DNA of 64,000 bases, from positions 992,001 through 1,056,000 of the forward strand of contig BROI01000001.1 in NCBI GenBank assembly GCA_027923505.1, read 5' to 3'. The translations under genes and the position numbers were made by a program. This document shows, in pieces, positions 58,196-64,000 of the stretch. The stretch's first letter is position 1; each line of letters begins with the position of its first letter. The notes beneath the pieces were generated by a model. The model searched no databases and was not told the origin of the DNA. It was given only the letters and a program-made list of their open reading frames with translations. The stretch comes from Mayamaea pseudoterrestris (taxonomy: Eukaryota).

Positions 58196-61100
58196 ATGGC
58201 TGTCGACCTTTTACTCAAAATGCTTCGGCGTCGGACAACTTCCTCGAACAATTCACCTCTGTCGATGCGCCTGGTAGTGTTGTTGTCACTCGCCAGCCTC
58301 GCATCTACACAGCAAATAACATGCCCCGACGGATCGACGGGATACGGAGACATATGTGGGTTGAATCATGACATTAACGGTGAAGTCCAACGAATACAAG
58401 ATGGCGGTGACTCAAAGCTGCTATACCTTTATCGGCTCTGTCCCGGTGTCGAAATGAACATGACGGAACCATTAGTGCCAAAGCTTGATGGATCCGTATT
58501 TCGCTGCGGAAATAGTGGACTACCGGCCGAAGACTGTAAATTTAGTGGAGGTCTAAATCAAGTAATAATACAGCCAAGCAAAATACCTTCCCTGCCACTG
58601 CAAGATGTCCGAATTGAAGGAGTTACCTTTACTGGCTTTACCGAGACTGCAATATCGGGTGAGGCGACGGATGTGACGACAGTATCGCTGGAAGAAATTC
58701 AGTTTATTGTAAGTCTTAATGTTGCAAGAGAGTGATGCACCTTTGACCAGCGACTGCGGACTAACAACGTGTTCTCACCTTTGTCTACATCTCAGGCATT
58801 TGACGCAACCTTTGCTATTAAGCAAGGCAACTCACTCGAAGGCAAAACCCCATTCTCGGTCGATATCTTTGGAGGCTCTGTCGTTGGAGCTGGCGGAATT
58901 GGATCAGTTTTTAGCAACGATGGAGGAAGCTTGACAATTGAGCAGGTATCTGTCGTCGATTCGAATGATGTTATGGCACTGGTAGCCACAGGTGGACGAG
59001 GAGCAACTATCGCAAGAGACATTACAATATCAGGAGGAACAATTGCAGTAAGTCGCGAATGATGATGAGTAGCTGTTGCCTTGTGTAAAATGCTCATCCC
59101 ACGCTTTGCTTGGACAGGACGTTTTCTCTATCGTTGGCGGAGGTACACTCATGGCGAGCGGCATTTCTATTCAAGACATGACCTTCATTAAAAATGGCTT
59201 TGAAATCCAGGGCAGCAACAGTCGAGCAACCATCAGTAATACAAATTTCATGACTAACACACGCCTTCCTCCGGCGCAAAAGTGGCAAGGCATTTCAGTT
59301 GTTGCTGGAGGCAGCGCCGTTGTGAGCTCCACTGCTTTTATAAATAATCGTCAAATGCTGGCAGTACTCTCTGCAGTTGGAGAAGGTGCGATTTTGATGG
59401 CAGACGAAATTACTATCGAGTCCGTCTCTGGAACGACAGCCGACGACAGTGTAACCGCCGCAGGCGTAATCTACGCAAACGCTAACGGCAAGGTCACAAT
59501 GTCACGCGCGACAATAAATCGTGCCCAAGCCTTCACGGTACGTACGAGCAACTTATGTCAATTGACAATAAAGTCTCGATGCTTACATGCTCTGCTCTGC
59601 TTGGTTGTTCCAGGCACTCATTTTCAGCAACCAAGGAAGCAGTGTGACAGTAAGTCAGTCGTGCTTTGAGGCTGGAACAGTCGACGCAGTCGTGTACCAA
59701 AGCGAAGAATCGATGGTCACTTCTGTTGGCAACTTCATAGATGAAGCAGGCATCAAGAGTGGCATATGTCGTACGGATGGGCTGAGAACAGCAATCGAAA
59801 AGCCTGGATCTAATTGCTTCGAAGGAGGAACCCCGTGTGAATGGAGTAAGTGCGATGAGACGCAGCTCGATAAACAATTGTGCAACCTACCTAACAGCCT
59901 ATTCCCGTTCTTTTGCAGCATGCACTCAATTTACTAATGCAGGCCAATGTTTAGCCCGATCGTCGCTCCAACCCGGATTTCAGGCGCCCTTCAATGCAAC
60001 ATTGGCCCCAAACTTGCCTAATGTAACTTCAACTTTCCCACCCACTGTTCCAACAAACAACGGGACTTTGCCACCTTTCACTCCACCTGTAAACGGAACA
60101 GCAACAAATGGCACTGTTTCACCAATTGCCACTTTAGCGCCAACTGTGACTCCTACACTGTTGCAAGCGACAGCTCCTCCGGTCATTGGTAACGCTACTG
60201 TAATTCCGGGCAATGCCACTCTGCCGCCAGTGGGGAACGTGACGTTAGTTCCGTCTCCTGGCGGCAACGCAACGATAGTTCCGGGAGTCAATGCTACATT
60301 GCCCCCGGCAGGTAACGCGACGTTGCTTCCAACTCCAGGCGGCAATGCAACACTTGTGCCAGGAATTAACGCAACTCTGCCGCCAGTTGGAAATGCGACA
60401 ATCATCCCGACGCTTGCTCCTGTGGAAAACGCAACGTTTGTACCAGGAGGAAATGCGACTATTGTGCCCAGTCTCACCCCGGGAGGAAACGCTACAATTG
60501 TCCCAGGGAACGCGACGATAGTGCCTAGCAATGGTACGTTGTTTCCGACCTTTGTGCCAGGTAACGCGACTTTCATACCAGGCAACGAGACCACTTCCTT
60601 TCCGACTTTTGCCCCAGGGAATGCAACTTTTGTACCAACTAATGCGACAATATTTCCAACTTTTTCTCCTGGAAACGTTACTTTCCCAACGCTGTCTCCA
60701 GCCAATGCAACGCTATTTCCGACTGTGTTGACCAATGCCACGCCAGTGTCAACGGCATTTCCAACTGCGTCGCCAGCACCAACAACAACATCGAAGCCGA
60801 CTCCTTCGGAGCCAACGTTAAGTCCAGTCGTCCCATCCCCTTCACCAACAATCGAGCCAACCACTACCCCTGGCCCGACGGCAATGCCCTCCGTGCGTCC
60901 TTCGACAGCTCCAACAATATCTTCACAACCGTCGCTGTCAAGCCAACCTTCGTTTCCGCCATCTATATCATTTTCGCCCACGACGTCGGCACCATCAGCG
61001 TCGCCCACCGCTGTGCCTTCGCTCAGTCCATCTGGCTCACCAACAACGCTCGCGCCATCTTACTTGCCATCAAGCGCACCTTCCGCTGCCCCGTCAAAAA

Positions 61101-61846
61101 ATCCATCTGCAGCTCCGTCTGCACTACCAAGTATCCCTCCGACGAGGAGTCCAGCACCAAGTGGGATACCAACAGAAATGCCAAGCTCTGTTCCATCCAC
61201 ATCAGTTCCCAGCTACCGACCGAGCCCGGTTCCATCATTAAATCTGGCGGCCGTTCCCACTAACCCGCCAGCGACTGCAAGCCAATGTGACTGTCGGTTG
61301 TACTGGTTTGATGGCAATTCATATTTTGGTAACGACCCAATCAACTATGGAGACGAAGCACCGACCAACAATGCAGCAGTACCAACGCAAATGCCGCCAC
61401 CTCCACCTTACGTGACAGGCACAATAGTGTACCCACCGAAACAGCCGAAACTTGGCAGTCACAAGCAAAGGCGACGTACAAGATCACGACCAAACGTCGA
61501 AGTCTCGCATCATCGGCTAAAAGGCGCTACCGCTTTTGACCTAGTTGCCGATAACAATCGACGTTTAAAGGATATTAAAGGCAGCAAGAAGTATAGCTAC
61601 AAGCTACCGCCTCCACTACCTCCGCCAATAATACCTCAACCGTCACCCATTGTTCCCCAGCCGCCATTTGCGGGCGGCAATGGCGGTACTACCGATCCTT
61701 GCTGGTACTACTGCAAATGGTTATCATTTCAGGACTTTGACGTGACCATTCCAGCGAGTCCTCCCGTTAGCAGAGGGCAAGCAAATCCTCCCGATGGTGG
61801 ATACCATGGTCCAAAGCCTGATGGTGACGCCTCTTTCTTTCATTAA
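58196..61846 (+). CDS. Large secreted glycoprotein: Cys-rich N-domain, beta-helix-like region, N-glycan repeat, Pro/Ser/Thr stalk and basic tail; introns 58709-58795, 59048-59117, 59538-59613, 59846-59918
   Basis: Signal peptide MRLVVLLSLASLAST (start may be the downstream ATG); all four introns are GT-AG and in phase; paralogous to the downstream gene. Confidence 0.8.
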
Positions 61847-62181
61847 GAAGAGGACGACAACAGGCCGGTTGCCAAGACTTGACAATGAATGTAAAAAGAA
61901 ATGTTGTATACAATTTATTATAGATTATCTTCATGTTTTATTGCTTTGTGAATCTCTTCGATTGGAAGCACAGTACTGTCCTCAACATGCCTTTGATTGA
62001 TTAAAAAGGATAGTACGGTAGCTAATACCAAGCACAGCCGCCAGTCTGGATACAAGACTGTACCGGTATGAGCCGGTACGCTCGTCAAGCGTTGGATCAC
62101 GCAGACGCTCTCACAATTTCGTCGAGCATTTCCTCGAAGGACTCGCTCTGTCAACACACCAATCACCACTGCTACTCCACC

Positions 62182-64000
62182 ATGATGGAACGAAGATTCA
62201 ACATGCCGCGACGAATAATAGAGCAAAAGCTCTTTTTAGCACTGCTAATAATAGGGACACTGCTAGTGCCAGAAGCAAATGCCGAGCCAGAGCTCTGTCC
62301 AGGCTCGACGACAGAGTTTGGCTATACATCAATCAACTCCATCAATACCGACATTACCAATGAGCTCATGCGCATACAGAGTGGTGCGACTCCAAATGGC
62401 ATATATACGTACAGTCTCTGCAGGAATACCGTCTTTGACGCAAACGCCGGCCCCTTACGACCTGGCCTAAGCAACTCATTCTTCATTTGCGGGCCAGACG
62501 GAAATCCAAACAACAAATGCACGATACAAGGCGGAAACATTCAAGTCGAAATAGTTAATTCCATGCTGCCAAATTATGAGCTTGCCGAGATCACTTTTTT
62601 GGGCATTCAGTTCAGTGGATTCACGACGCAAGCAGTCTCGGCGTATGCATCCTTTCCCACACAAGCAAACTTTCGGAACGTTTTATGGACAGTACGTTGA
62701 GGAAACACAAGTTTGACATCATGTAATGATTGCTGCTTTACCTCTGACACTCATTGCTTTTATTTCGCTTCATCTAGGACTTTACGAGCGAATTTGTTGT
62801 CCGGCAACAACCGGGCAACGGCACAAGCACCGACATCGCACCTCCAATGACAATCGATATATCAAATTCGACAGTGTCCGACGGCACGACTAGCGCCGTA
62901 TTTGACAATGACGGAGGCTCGCTGCGGGTGCAGCAATTGCAAGCGACGGGCGTAACAGCGCCCGCGTTGATGGCAACATCAAATGGTGGCAACTCCTTTT
63001 TTCAGGACTCGGTTGTTTCGGCCAGTCGACTGGATTACGTGACGGAAACGTCTGGATCGGGTGCCCAGAGCGTCATCAATGTCCAGGTCCGTGACATGCT
63101 ATCCATGGTCAATACATTTCGCGTCCAGGATGTCGGCAGCCAGTTGACAATAAATAGTGGTGCAACTATTACAAACAATAAGCTCTCTGGGTCGCGATTC
63201 TCTGGCGTTTACGCAGAAACTGGAGCAACAGCGAAAGTGAATGATTTTACCATGAGTGGCAATGAAGGCGTTGCCTTTGCCTTTTACTCAGTTGGCGTCA
63301 ACACGAACGTGCAAGTCGCTGACTCGATAGTCGACGACAATGTTGGAACGGTACGTGGAAGAGGAGAACGAAGTTAAGCATGAAAAGTGATCGGAGCAAC
63401 CATTAGTCTCAACTATTTCCTTACGTGCAGGCTAATCCTCGGTTCATTAGCGCGCCTGGCATTGCGCTGTCAAATGGAATTCTTTCGGTAGACAGCACAC
63501 TGTTCAATCAGAACAACCAGTTTGCGGTAAGCCATTGCCCATTCGTGGCTCCGCGCGGTATATTTGTTTGCTCATGATGTGTTTGGCTCATGTTTTTGGA
63601 TGCCCTGTTTTTCCAGGGAGCGCTGCTGGCTCTTGTCGGATCCCAATTAAACATTGTCAGGTCATGTTTCACTAATTCGCAGTCAGAGTACGTTGTCTTT
63701 GTCGATGCTAAGTCGAATTACACGCAATCCGATAATTTTGTATCTGGGTATAGCTCTTCAAGATGTGCAACGGAAAGCGGGCGTCTATTCCAGGAAAACT
63801 CAGAAGCAGGATGCTTCACAGGCTCCAATATTTGTACCGGAGAGTGCAGGATACTGGCCAACGCAACGGTGTGCATGGCGAGCACCATGCCTACGGCCGC
63901 GCCGGGATTTCCAACTGCAATTCCGACGACTATGCCTACAAGCATCGCTGTGGGACCCTCCGCAATGCCAACTGTTGAGCTTACGACGGAACCAGTGCCG
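62182..64000 (+). CDS. Tandem paralog of the preceding secreted glycoprotein, multi-exon, runs off the window end
   Basis: Signal peptide LFLALLIIGTLLVPEANA; shared blocks CP..GY..I..N.DI..E..RIQ.G, LC, F.CG..G, C...GG..QV.I, VF.NDGGSL, SCF, CF.G. Confidence 0.8.

Noticed and set aside
59980..61008. 342-aa Gly/Val-rich minus-strand ORF
   Set aside because: Antisense reading of the Pro/Thr repeat exon; such repeats lack antisense stops.

Overview
Gene-dense eukaryotic nuclear DNA, almost certainly from a diatom. The evidence is short GT-AG introns, ASAFAP-type bipartite plastid targeting signals, a PSTALRE CDK, a DUF6824 protein and a CoDi-type copia element. About 27 protein-coding genes are supported, including GH29 fucosidase, class 3 lipase, aldo-keto reductase, GH36 alpha-galactosidase, CDKA2, plastid GPI, PPO, FAD4-like desaturase, GET3, BUD13, an STK19-like protein, fibrillin, GCN1, SpoU methylase, NRT2, ABC1K and two tandem secreted glycoprotein paralogs. 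The most striking non-genic structure is a three-layer nest at ~15.8-21.1 kb. An old dispersed repeat, with an uninterrupted paralog at ~52.6-52.9 kb, was split by a non-autonomous hAT-type element (16-bp TIRs, 8-bp TSD GCCACCCT). That element in turn carries an internally deleted Ty1/copia retrotransposon with an unusual primer-binding region. The left junction of the nest looks like a two-allele consensus chimera. A separate TA-flanked MITE lies at 51.3-51.9 kb. All calls come from reading the sequence by eye; no database searches were run.
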